This document shows positions 28,315 through 36,785 of a stretch of DNA of 64,000 nucleotides, piece after piece (the first letter of the stretch is position 1; each line of letters opens with the position of its first letter). Source of the DNA: Candidatus Fibrimonadaceae bacterium (GTDB lineage: Bacteria; Fibrobacterota; Fibrobacteria; Fibrobacterales; Fibrobacteraceae); contig JAITFP010000075.1 of the NCBI GenBank assembly GCA_031281275.1, positions 18,056 through 82,055 on the forward strand. The letters run 5' to 3'. Made by a program: the position numbers and the translations under genes. The notes below the pieces were generated by a model. It made no database searches. It had not been told where the DNA came from and saw only the letters and a program-made list of their open reading frames with translations.

Positions 28315-29517
28315 TTATTTTTTAACAATTTTCATGCTTTTTGTTTGAGAACCCTGTTTCAAGAGCAAAATGTATATACCCTTGTTCAAATTAGAAAGAG
28401 AATTTCCCATTTTTTTGCCCTGCAAAGAGAAAATTTCAAAAGAAGTATCTCCATTAATGGCTAAATTTTCCGCCTCAATCGGTTTTATGGGAGTTTGTCC
28501 AGACCTCCAAGGTGCGGATTTGGCATATTCGTTCAATTTGTTAAATACATATTGCCCCTCTTGTGTCATTTTGGTTTTGTCTGTCCAGCTTTGCATATCG
28601 AATTTCTTTGCCGCGTCCTGAATTCCAAAAAAAGCGGAACCTGCGTATTTATCGTTTACCTCCCAAGCTGCCGAAGATATTTTATTCTGGTCCATAAAGG
28701 CAAACCATTTGTCTGTTTCTGTTGGATTATGTGTATCGTAATGATTCTTATCGCTCTGCCCGCCATCCGAATGAGTTGTGCCCCATTCGGTTACGAAAAT
28801 GGGCAAGCCGCTGTTAAGCGCGGTATTTATGTTATTCTGAAAATTGCTCAAAGGATGGGAAGAGGCATAAAAATGCACAACATAACCTACATTTGCATCG
28901 TTGATTGCATTGCCCACAACTTTTTCTACCTGTTGAGAATAGAAGGGAGTGCCAACAAGAATAAGGTTAGAGGAGTGGGCGCGTATTACGGGAATAATTT
29001 GTTCGGCATAGGCTTTTATATCTGCCCAGGGCGTGTTGATTGGCTCGTTGTATATCTCAAAAATCACATTCTCATAAGAGCCATATTTGCTCGCCATGTA
29101 TTCAAAAAAATCTTTTGAATTTTCCACTTCAGTATGAGCATTATGCGAATGCCAGTCTATAATGAAATAAACATCGTTTGCTATGGCAGCATCTGATAAT
29201 ATCTCTACCCTAGCGCGGTTTTGAACAATGGGTGAACCGGCGGCAGAACCAGTGGCGCCATAAGCGGCTCTAACAACTTCCGATTTCCAGTCTCTCACCA
29301 TTGCATCCACAGCATCGGCTCTATAAAAACGCGCGCTTTCCCAGTTTGTTGTTGTCCAGCCAAAGCTAACACCTCTAACCTGAACTGCCGTGCTACCCGT
29401 TTTTGAACCGACTATCTTGTTTCCGCTGGCTTGAAGTTTGCCGTAATAAGAAACGGGACCATTGCCAGCAAAGGAAAAGGCAAAAAATAAAGCAAATATC
29501 AAGAATATATTTTTCAA
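28315..29517 (-). CDS. GH5 endoglucanase (cellulase) with T9SS-type C-terminal sorting domain
   Basis: 400 aa, with a signal peptide. GVSFGW...IIDWHSH...IFEIYNEP...HFYA...FVTEWGT are GH5 motifs. C-terminus FEIFSLQGKKMGNSLSNLNKGIYILLLKQGSQTKSMKIV. Confidence 0.8.
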   Translation of the reverse strand: MKNIFLIFALFFAFSFAGNGPVSYYGKLQASGNKIVGSKTGSTAVQVRGVSFGWTTTNWESARFYRADAVDAMVRDWKSEVVRAAYGATGSAAGSPIVQNRARVEILSDAAIANDVYFIIDWHSHNAHTEVENSKDFFEYMASKYGSYENVIFEIYNEPINTPWADIKAYAEQIIPVIRAHSSNLILVGTPFYSQQVEKVVGNAINDANVGYVVHFYASSHPLSNFQNNINTALNSGLPIFVTEWGTTHSDGGQSDKNHYDTHNPTETDKWFAFMDQNKISSAAWEVNDKYAGSAFFGIQDAAKKFDMQSWTDKTKMTQEGQYVFNKLNEYAKSAPWRSGQTPIKPIEAENLAINGDTSFEIFSLQGKKMGNSLSNLNKGIYILLLKQGSQTKSMKIVKK

Positions 29518-31739
29518 TTTACAACCCTCAATGTTTTAACCTGTGAACCCTGGCTTAAACGCAAAATATAAACACCTTTTTGCAAATTAAGGCTACTGAG
29601 CGAAACCTCTTTTGAACCAGCGTTTTGATGCCCGTTCATCAAGCTCCCCAGTTTTTTCCCAGAAAGTGAATAAACATCCAGTTTTGCAACACCGCTACTG
29701 GCAAGATAAAGTTGTACTTTGCCAAAACCAACAGGAGCAAGCCCTATGCTTTTAGCAGCGTTGAATTGATATGCAATCGCATCTGGCTCAATGGGTTCTG
29801 GGTCTATAACTCCTGGTATTGATGTTGGCGGTGTCACATTAATTTCTGTGCCACTTCCATCAAGCGTTATGTTTGCCCTGCCAGTAGGCGAAGACAATGA
29901 ACCATCTGTTATCACTGCCAAAAATGTGACTTTGCCTATTTTGCCAGCCTCTGGATAATACATATATTCATCGTCCTTCACCTTTTCCAATCTTCCGGGA
30001 TACTGCGAGTCTAGGTACATTTTAGAGAATGTTATAGGGTCTCCGTCTGCATCTTTGCCGCTAAATCTTTCCATATCAATCTTTACAGGCTCTGTGTTTG
30101 GCACCTTTGGTGAAAATGTATTGGTCATGTTTCTAATTTCGGGCGCAAAATTTTTAATATTCAAAACAACGCTCCCTTGTCTGTTTCCATTTTCATTTTT
30201 AACGGTGTATTTAAGCGTTGCCTGAGAACCATCTGTATTATGTTGAGAAGCATCTGGAGTGAAAGCAATGTCGGTACCTGAAACGGTAGCCGTTCCCATA
30301 CCAGATGGTTCAACAGAAGCCGATACCAATTGGACTCCCTTTCCGAGAGGATCTTCTGCTGAGAGATGAGTGATAATATTCAAAGTGGTTTTGGCTCTGC
30401 GGCTCACATCAATGGGGGCTTTGTCTGGTACAACCGGAAGCCTCTTATTCAAGTTCACTGTGATTTTGCTCTGAGTGGTGACACTGCCCTTGGTCACTTT
30501 GTATATAAGCACAACTTTACCTGTTTTGGAACCATCGGCTTTATATGTGATGCTGTTAGCGGTATTCGTAACTTCTACAGGAATTGATGCGTCACGAGAT
30601 TTAACCTCTGTGATATCACCGGATAAACCGAGCTGGGTGGCAGTCCACGTTACCGTTTCTCCATCATTAGCGCTAAATACAACATCGTTGCCTTTGGGGT
30701 GGTCGGTTGGTATATACGAAGTCCATTTTTTTGAATCCATATATGTTCTAAAATGCCCACCGGAAGTTGAAAAATTGCTTGTTGAAAGATTTGCAACGGT
30801 GGTTCCATTTTTAAATATGGAAGATTCTTCAAAATTTGATGCACTCCAATTGCAGCTGCTTATGTTGGCTCCATCCATCCACGTTATCCATTTGCTTGCA
30901 TTATTGAGATTGCCTTTGCCATTTGCTTCTGTGAAACCAAATTCAGAGCCAAAAACTGCATATCCGTTTGTTCTCGCACTGTTTGCACTGGTCATTACGT
31001 TATCGTGCCCGCTTCCTCCACCTTGTGCTGCGTAAAAATGGAAGGTAAAAGCAACGTTTTTTGATTGGGCTTGTTCTTTGGTACCAAAATTGCTAGCCTG
31101 GTCCGAAGGGTTTTGAGACCACTGACGGCTGCCTATCAACACCAAGTTGTTGCTGCCAGCATTACGAATTACGTTTATAACTGCGTTAGCATACGAGGTT
31201 ATTTGAGCTGTGCCAGTATTAATAGGTTCGTTATATACTTCCCAGATTATATTCGGCACGTCTTTGTATTCTCTAGCCATTTCGCCAAAAAACGAAACTG
31301 CATCTGACTGCTCGGCATCGGCATTGTGGGAATGCCAGTCCACTATCACGTATATATCGTTTGCTATGGCAGCATCAATCACTTTTCTTATGTAATTCTT
31401 TTGACCTTCCTTGTTATTTTGCAAGTATCCAGCAACTCCGCCGGGTTTGTTCACCGGTTCGGTGTTGTCTCCATACCACTTTATTGCCATTGCTGCGCGA
31501 ATAATGCCTATTTGCATATTATCAACAAACCAATCCACGGTTTCTAGATTGTAAAAGGGAGTGCCAGAGCCATCGCTCCAATAGAGGCTTGGACCTTTGA
31601 GCATAACCGCCGAATTGGTCCCTGAAACGGAGCCGCAAATATTATTATTGTTGCAAACTTTTAACATACCAAAATGGCTAACCGGACCAGCCAAAGCCTG
31701 AGTCACAAGCAACAGAAATGCCAACGCAAGGATTTTCAT
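29514..31739 (-). CDS. GH5 endoglucanase with Ig/cadherin-like repeats and T9SS-type C-terminal sorting domain
   Basis: 741 aa from MKILALAFLLL. IVDWHSH, WEVYNEP, HFYAA and GSEFG are GH5 motifs. The middle is beta-rich; C-terminus LDVYSLSGKKLGSL...LQKGVYILRLSQGSQVKTLRVV. Confidence 0.8.
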   Translation of the reverse strand: MKILALAFLLLVTQALAGPVSHFGMLKVCNNNNICGSVSGTNSAVMLKGPSLYWSDGSGTPFYNLETVDWFVDNMQIGIIRAAMAIKWYGDNTEPVNKPGGVAGYLQNNKEGQKNYIRKVIDAAIANDIYVIVDWHSHNADAEQSDAVSFFGEMAREYKDVPNIIWEVYNEPINTGTAQITSYANAVINVIRNAGSNNLVLIGSRQWSQNPSDQASNFGTKEQAQSKNVAFTFHFYAAQGGGSGHDNVMTSANSARTNGYAVFGSEFGFTEANGKGNLNNASKWITWMDGANISSCNWSASNFEESSIFKNGTTVANLSTSNFSTSGGHFRTYMDSKKWTSYIPTDHPKGNDVVFSANDGETVTWTATQLGLSGDITEVKSRDASIPVEVTNTANSITYKADGSKTGKVVLIYKVTKGSVTTQSKITVNLNKRLPVVPDKAPIDVSRRAKTTLNIITHLSAEDPLGKGVQLVSASVEPSGMGTATVSGTDIAFTPDASQHNTDGSQATLKYTVKNENGNRQGSVVLNIKNFAPEIRNMTNTFSPKVPNTEPVKIDMERFSGKDADGDPITFSKMYLDSQYPGRLEKVKDDEYMYYPEAGKIGKVTFLAVITDGSLSSPTGRANITLDGSGTEINVTPPTSIPGVIDPEPIEPDAIAYQFNAAKSIGLAPVGFGKVQLYLASSGVAKLDVYSLSGKKLGSLMNGHQNAGSKEVSLSSLNLQKGVYILRLSQGSQVKTLRVVN

Positions 31740-31766
31740 TCGAGCCTCCATATATAGATACATATA

Positions 31767-31777
31767 ATATAGATAAT
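31767..31777 (-). promoter_or_regulatory. TTATCTATATT element upstream of the GH5 operon (27 nt before the ATG, GGAGG RBS between)
   Basis: Minus-strand reading AATTATCTATATTATATGTATCTATATATGGAGGCTCGAATG. Confidence 0.35.
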
Positions 31778-31881
31778 TTTAAACTGAAATAACATAAAAT
31801 CGGGTTATTTTCCAAAAAAATACGTTTTTACGTGATTTTTACTATATTATTTTTATACTAAATTCCCTAGGAGGTTGCTTT

Positions 31882-32724
31882 ATGTTCAAAAAAATACTTG
31901 CGGCAGGTGTCGCACTTGCTCTTTTTGCCTGTTCTCCAGATAAAGGAGAAGATAATACCCCCACCAATTCTTCGAAAGGTGGCGGCACCATTAGCTCCAG
32001 CAGTGCTGTGGTTGTTCCAATTCAAATAGCTGAAAATGGCGAGCAACCCTCTATATTGCTTCAAACTTTTTACTATACTTATGCCTTGAAAGCAAACGAG
32101 CCAGAAGATTTAACGCCATATTGGAGTTGCTCAGTTGAAAAACAAGATGATAAGCCAGATACTGCTTGCCAAAAAGATATGACAAATGCAGTTCTGCAAC
32201 ATAAGCTCACAAATCAATATTCCCCTCTTCATTACGACCGTGTGCTTACTCGCATAAATCCACTTACTAGAGGCATTACATTGAAGGAATGGAACTTAAC
32301 GGGAAATGGAGACGAGGCTGCATTTGGATTAAATGTTTACACAGATGAGGCAAATATCCAAAATATAGGGGAACGTGGACTTACCAATTTAAATAGAATT
32401 GTTTCTTTTGAATACAAATATGTGGGCGGTGCTCATGAATTCCGCGTTGGTTCCAAAACAGAAGCCGATTTTTGGTATTATGACGTTCCAGCAACCGCAG
32501 GTGAAATAACATTCGATCCCCGTCCCGAAGAAAGTGAATACAGAACAATAACAATTCCCATAAAAGACCTAAAAGGCATGGGTTCGTTTGCTACAAACAA
32601 CACTCCTTTTGATATTTCAAAAGCCGCAAAATTCCTGTGGGCTGTGAAATACAAAGCTGGAAACGCGCAAAACAACAAAAACTCGCTTATACTTTATGAT
32701 TTTATGGGATACGTAGAGCAATAA
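31882..32724 (+). CDS. lipoprotein, unknown function (possible carbohydrate-binding beta-sandwich)
   Basis: 280 aa. LALFACSPD lipobox; AGGAGG RBS; TTTACTATATT element at 31838-31848. Confidence 0.45.
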   Translation: MFKKILAAGVALALFACSPDKGEDNTPTNSSKGGGTISSSSAVVVPIQIAENGEQPSILLQTFYYTYALKANEPEDLTPYWSCSVEKQDDKPDTACQKDMTNAVLQHKLTNQYSPLHYDRVLTRINPLTRGITLKEWNLTGNGDEAAFGLNVYTDEANIQNIGERGLTNLNRIVSFEYKYVGGAHEFRVGSKTEADFWYYDVPATAGEITFDPRPEESEYRTITIPIKDLKGMGSFATNNTPFDISKAAKFLWAVKYKAGNAQNNKNSLILYDFMGYVEQ

Positions 32725-32735
32725 AATAGAGAAAT

Positions 32736-32772
32736 AAAAAAGCCCCCGTTTGCAAGAAACGGGGGCTTTTTG
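32736..32772. terminator. bidirectional rho-independent terminator
   Basis: AAAAAA GCCCCCGTTT gcaag AAACGGGGGC TTTTTG. A 10-bp GC-rich stem flanked by A- and T-tracts, between convergent genes. Confidence 0.85.
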
Positions 32773-32787
32773 TTTCAATGGATTATA

Positions 32788-33996
32788 TTATTTCAATACT
32801 ATCCTGCTGGTGTAGCCAAGCGAAGGAGAGCGAACCATATAAATGCCAGTGGGCAGGTTGCTGAGGTTCATTTTGCCATCTGGTGTTAATGTTTGGGACT
32901 TTACAATTGCACCCTGCAAGCTGTAAATTTGAACCATAGCGGGTTTAGAAATAGAAGCCGAGAGCATTCTGCCATTCAGAGTAAAGTTCACGTTTTGGAT
33001 ATTCTTGCCCGAAACAATTGGGTTTGGATTTGTTATTGTACCATCGCATGTACCCTTGGGACCAAATGCGTAGAGCTTAAAGTTCACTGTTTTTGGTTCG
33101 TATGATGATAGGTTAATTTTAACCGACATCATTTCTTTGATAGCTTTTGTTATTTCTTGCGCATTGGCTTTGCTCCATCCTTCCTGCTCAAAATCACCGC
33201 AAACTCTGGGTTCTGTGCCAGCGCAGGAGGTACTCCATGTAAAATCTTTAACTACTGGAGCGCCTGATGTTGGTGGAATAAGAGCATAATAAGGATCGTA
33301 AAAATTTCTACCCGGTGAATTTTCAGCATCGGTCTCGTCCCAACCCAATATAAGGGAAAGCTGACCACCGCTTGCCTTATCCTGTGCCGGATCATTATTG
33401 CTTTCGTATTTCAGGCAAAAACCATCACCATATTTGGTCATATCTCTCTTCACAAATACAGGAGGAGTAGTACCTTTATCGCCACCAGCAGGGGTGCTAA
33501 AATTAGTAGCAAGCGCTGCTATGCTAGGTTCCCACACATCAGGTCCGTTAATACCGGCGCCAACTGAAAGTTCAACGTCGAGAACACCATTTAAAAAACT
33601 TGTGCCATCTGCCCTATTTGTGACATCTGGACCTTGGCAATCTGGGTAATCTGGTCCCACAAAAGATTTTGCTTCCCCACTTATTTTAGCTTTTACATAG
33701 TTATCGGCTGTGCTTTGACCGGGCGTTTTGCCTGCCATATCTACTCTACAATTATTAGCGTTGCCTCCTATGACTGGTCCGGCTATATAACCAAACCACC
33801 AGCCGCCCATCTTTTTAAAGCAATCGTTATCTGGATTTTGTTCGTCAAATACTGAATCGTCATCTTTGCAATCCACTACCCAAGGAAATGCCACCTGACC
33901 ATGTGGCGCGCTTGGAGTCCACCACGGTGAACCCGCCGCAAAAACCATGCCGGAAGCAAAAACCATTGCTAATCCGACTTTTTGAAATCTATTCAT
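32788..33996 (-). CDS. secreted protein of unknown function with T9SS-type C-terminal sorting domain
   Basis: 402 aa, with a signal peptide. C-terminus VQIYSLQGAIVKSQTLTPDGKMNLSNLPTGIYMVRSP. GGGAGG RBS. Confidence 0.5.
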   Translation of the reverse strand: MNRFQKVGLAMVFASGMVFAAGSPWWTPSAPHGQVAFPWVVDCKDDDSVFDEQNPDNDCFKKMGGWWFGYIAGPVIGGNANNCRVDMAGKTPGQSTADNYVKAKISGEAKSFVGPDYPDCQGPDVTNRADGTSFLNGVLDVELSVGAGINGPDVWEPSIAALATNFSTPAGGDKGTTPPVFVKRDMTKYGDGFCLKYESNNDPAQDKASGGQLSLILGWDETDAENSPGRNFYDPYYALIPPTSGAPVVKDFTWSTSCAGTEPRVCGDFEQEGWSKANAQEITKAIKEMMSVKINLSSYEPKTVNFKLYAFGPKGTCDGTITNPNPIVSGKNIQNVNFTLNGRMLSASISKPAMVQIYSLQGAIVKSQTLTPDGKMNLSNLPTGIYMVRSPSLGYTSRIVLK

Positions 33997-34129
33997 AAGG
34001 ACCTCCCAAAATATGTTATCCTATAAATATATAAAAAAAATGACAAAAAGGTGTTAAAATATGGTTAAAAATGACAAAAAGATTAAAAATATGTGATTTT
34101 TAACCAGAATTTAACAGGAATTTTGGGAA

Positions 34130-34139
34130 TTTCTATATT
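34130..34139 (+). promoter_or_regulatory. TTTCTATATT element 10 nt upstream of the ATG at 34150
   Basis: GGAATTTCTATATTAATACTGATTATG. Confidence 0.35.
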
Positions 34140-34149
34140 AATACTGATT

Positions 34150-35850
34150 ATGAACAAAGTTCTGTTTTTTTTAGTTTTATTATTGCTGTCTTTAGTTTTT
34201 GCCCAAGAAGGAGCTATAAGAATTAAAATTCCTTTGGATTCCACAGGTATGCTTATAGGCTCGCCAAAGTCTGAAACACAGCCACAAAAACTTGGGCTTT
34301 CTGGCAACAGACCTCTCAACTTGGCAGAACTTTCTGCCAAAGACACAGCCAGCTATGAAACCTATTCCCGCAGGCTTGCGCTTGTGCAAGACAGCATAGC
34401 CGCTATGCAAAAAGAAATTGAAACCTCAAAAAAAAGAACTGCAGCACAAATGCCTCCTTTGGAACCAAAGGATGAATACGAAAAACAATCCGAGTTCGAA
34501 TATCGCAAGGAAAAAAGGGAAAGAGAGCTTGGCGAAAGAATGTTACGCGACTACAAGCCCTTTGCAGATAGGCTTTTCGAGCTTGAGAAAACAAAAAAGA
34601 AAATAGAAGATAACAGATCCACACTCTATTGCATCGTAGAAATAAACACCAATCCGGTGGCTTCCATTTACATAAATAACGAAGAAATTGGCACAAGCCC
34701 AGCTAAATACGACCGTGTGTTGCCGGGCAATACAGTGATAAAAGTACAAAAGGAAAACTACGAACCTTGGGACACAACCATAACATTGCAACCAATGCAA
34801 AAGATAAAACTGAGCGCAACATTGCAGGAAAAAAGCATTTTCAGCAAAGAGGGCGAAATAGACTTTCCAAAAATCATTGCAAGCGACACCACCGTGAAAG
34901 GCTATCTCGCTAGAATGAATAGAGTCAAAGCCAGAATGAAGCAGATTGACGAAGAGATAAAAATTATCCTTGCAGATGAACATCAAAAAAAAGACGAAGC
35001 TACTCAAAATTTATTGAAACATAAGCACGAGGCATACACTAGTCAGCTGGTGCGTACGCTAAACGTCCTTGAAAACAACATAATAGCCACAGAAAGCCAA
35101 CTCATAGCAGAAACGTCCTCAAACGCCAGCATAACGCTAGGTACCTATGATGTGGAAAATGAGGTTTTTGAACTAGAAGTGCAAGACACGGCAAATACCA
35201 AAAGCCCGTTCCATTTCACCGGTTGGGTTGGCATACCGCGCGACACGGCAAAAGCCATGAATCGCAGCACAGACGGCTTTTTGGTAGGCGTGAACTATCT
35301 TAACTATCCCTTTGTTTCAGACGCTTCCTCTTTTAACCTAGCGATGAAGGAACTTTCTCTCTCACGCAAGGCAGTTCCTCTCCAAGTGGAGGGCGATTTT
35401 AAGCCGAGCAAATTTGGACTTATGGAAGGCTACAGCAAATGGCGCCCTCATGCGGATTCCCTTTTGAACGGCACGCTAAAAGCAAATAGCTGTCTTGATT
35501 TGGATTATGTAATTGGCAAAAAAATATGCGATGCGAGCGGCATTGCCACCACTGAACTCCCTCCCCAGTCCGAATCAGCAAGCCTAGGCTGGCGCAACTG
35601 GACAAGAATTTTAACATTCTCCACAGCAGCAGTGCTAGGAGGGTTTGCAGTTGTAAAGTATTTTGATCAAGTAAAGTACGTAAACAGAGCAAATGAACAG
35701 CGAGATGAGATAGCTAAAAATCCAGGCTATCCAGAAGATCTCTATAATACTTACTCGGATAAGGCGAAAAAAAGTGGGGATTCAAAGATTATTTTTGGCG
35801 TAGGTGTAGGTGTTTTTGCCGTAGCTGGGGCATTGACTTTCGTTTTTTAA
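34150..35850 (+). CDS. PEGA-domain protein with coiled-coil region and C-terminal TM anchors
   Basis: 566 aa from MNKVLFFLVLLLLSLVFAQ. VEINTNPVASIYINNEEIGTSPAKYDRVLPGNTVIKVQKENYEPW is a PEGA motif. Two hydrophobic C-terminal segments. Confidence 0.5.
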   Translation: MNKVLFFLVLLLLSLVFAQEGAIRIKIPLDSTGMLIGSPKSETQPQKLGLSGNRPLNLAELSAKDTASYETYSRRLALVQDSIAAMQKEIETSKKRTAAQMPPLEPKDEYEKQSEFEYRKEKRERELGERMLRDYKPFADRLFELEKTKKKIEDNRSTLYCIVEINTNPVASIYINNEEIGTSPAKYDRVLPGNTVIKVQKENYEPWDTTITLQPMQKIKLSATLQEKSIFSKEGEIDFPKIIASDTTVKGYLARMNRVKARMKQIDEEIKIILADEHQKKDEATQNLLKHKHEAYTSQLVRTLNVLENNIIATESQLIAETSSNASITLGTYDVENEVFELEVQDTANTKSPFHFTGWVGIPRDTAKAMNRSTDGFLVGVNYLNYPFVSDASSFNLAMKELSLSRKAVPLQVEGDFKPSKFGLMEGYSKWRPHADSLLNGTLKANSCLDLDYVIGKKICDASGIATTELPPQSESASLGWRNWTRILTFSTAAVLGGFAVVKYFDQVKYVNRANEQRDEIAKNPGYPEDLYNTYSDKAKKSGDSKIIFGVGVGVFAVAGALTFVF

Positions 35851-35860
35851 TTTCTACATT
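35851..35860 (+). promoter_or_regulatory. TTTCTACATT element 7 nt upstream of the ATG at 35868
   Basis: TTAATTTCTACATTTTCTAATATG. Confidence 0.35.
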
Positions 35861-35867
35861 TTCTAAT

Positions 35868-36785
35868 ATGGTTAGCTTTCGTTATTCCGCACCTATAGCA
35901 GCAATGATTGGTATGTTGCTTTTCTCTTGTGCTCCTGAAATTAAGCCTTTGCCATCAGAAGATGAACTAAAAAGTTCCTCCTCTGTTATTCCAACTCCTC
36001 CAATTTCTTCTTCATCTAGCAAGGCAACGCAAGGAGGTGGGCAGCTAGCTCAATTGGATGTGATAATCCGCGATTTCTCAGCTCCAGCTAACAGTCTTGG
36101 AGAAAGACAGGCTGCTGGTTATACCGGCTATTATGGCTTTCAAGAATTTGACTACAGCAAAAGTACTCAACAAAGAGAATGCAACGCCAACGGAGCCACA
36201 AAAGGCATGGTTAAATATACATTGGATTACAGTCAGTGCAAAGCAGGAGAAGAGAGACGTAATTGCGCAAGACCCATACCTGCAGACCCACCTCCAGAAA
36301 AAATGTGCTATGGAAAAGATTTGCAAAACTGGTACACCGATGGCGAGCATACAAAAACCTTTCACGAAATAATAACCTTAACACTCAAAAATGGACTTTA
36401 CGAAATAGATACTGCCGGATATTTTCCCTTGGATAAATATCCAGATAGCGAGACTTTCGGTAAGCAGAATTCAGATGGCAATGGAGTGAGGCATAATTTT
36501 GGATTTACGGTTGCTGGCTCGGCGGAATTTAAGTATATGGAAGGCAATAACGATAACTTCTTTGCCTTTAGAGGCGATGATGATATGTGGATGTTTATAG
36601 ATGGAGAGTTGGTAATGGATTTAGGCGGTGTTCATCAGGCTTTATCAGATTCAGTTAACATAGATGCCGTAGCAAGCAAAAGAGGTTGGGAAGATGGTTC
36701 TAACCATACAATAAACTTTTTCTATGCAGAAAGGCAAACTGCGGCATCAAATTTAATGCTTCGTTTTAGGCTTACTGGTCTTTAA
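35868..36785 (+). CDS. fibro-slime domain lipoprotein (PA14-like)
   Basis: 305 aa. LLFSCAPE lipobox. FGFTVAGSAEFKY...FAFRGDDDMWMFIDGELVMDLGGVHQA is the fibro-slime (TIGR02148-type) signature. Confidence 0.75.
   Translation: MVSFRYSAPIAAMIGMLLFSCAPEIKPLPSEDELKSSSSVIPTPPISSSSSKATQGGGQLAQLDVIIRDFSAPANSLGERQAAGYTGYYGFQEFDYSKSTQQRECNANGATKGMVKYTLDYSQCKAGEERRNCARPIPADPPPEKMCYGKDLQNWYTDGEHTKTFHEIITLTLKNGLYEIDTAGYFPLDKYPDSETFGKQNSDGNGVRHNFGFTVAGSAEFKYMEGNNDNFFAFRGDDDMWMFIDGELVMDLGGVHQALSDSVNIDAVASKRGWEDGSNHTINFFYAERQTAASNLMLRFRLTGL

Noticed and set aside
28495-29118. 207-aa plus-strand ORF, and 30475..31035 (186 aa)
   Set aside because: They are antisense to the two GH5 genes, which have unambiguous catalytic motifs. 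No independent support.
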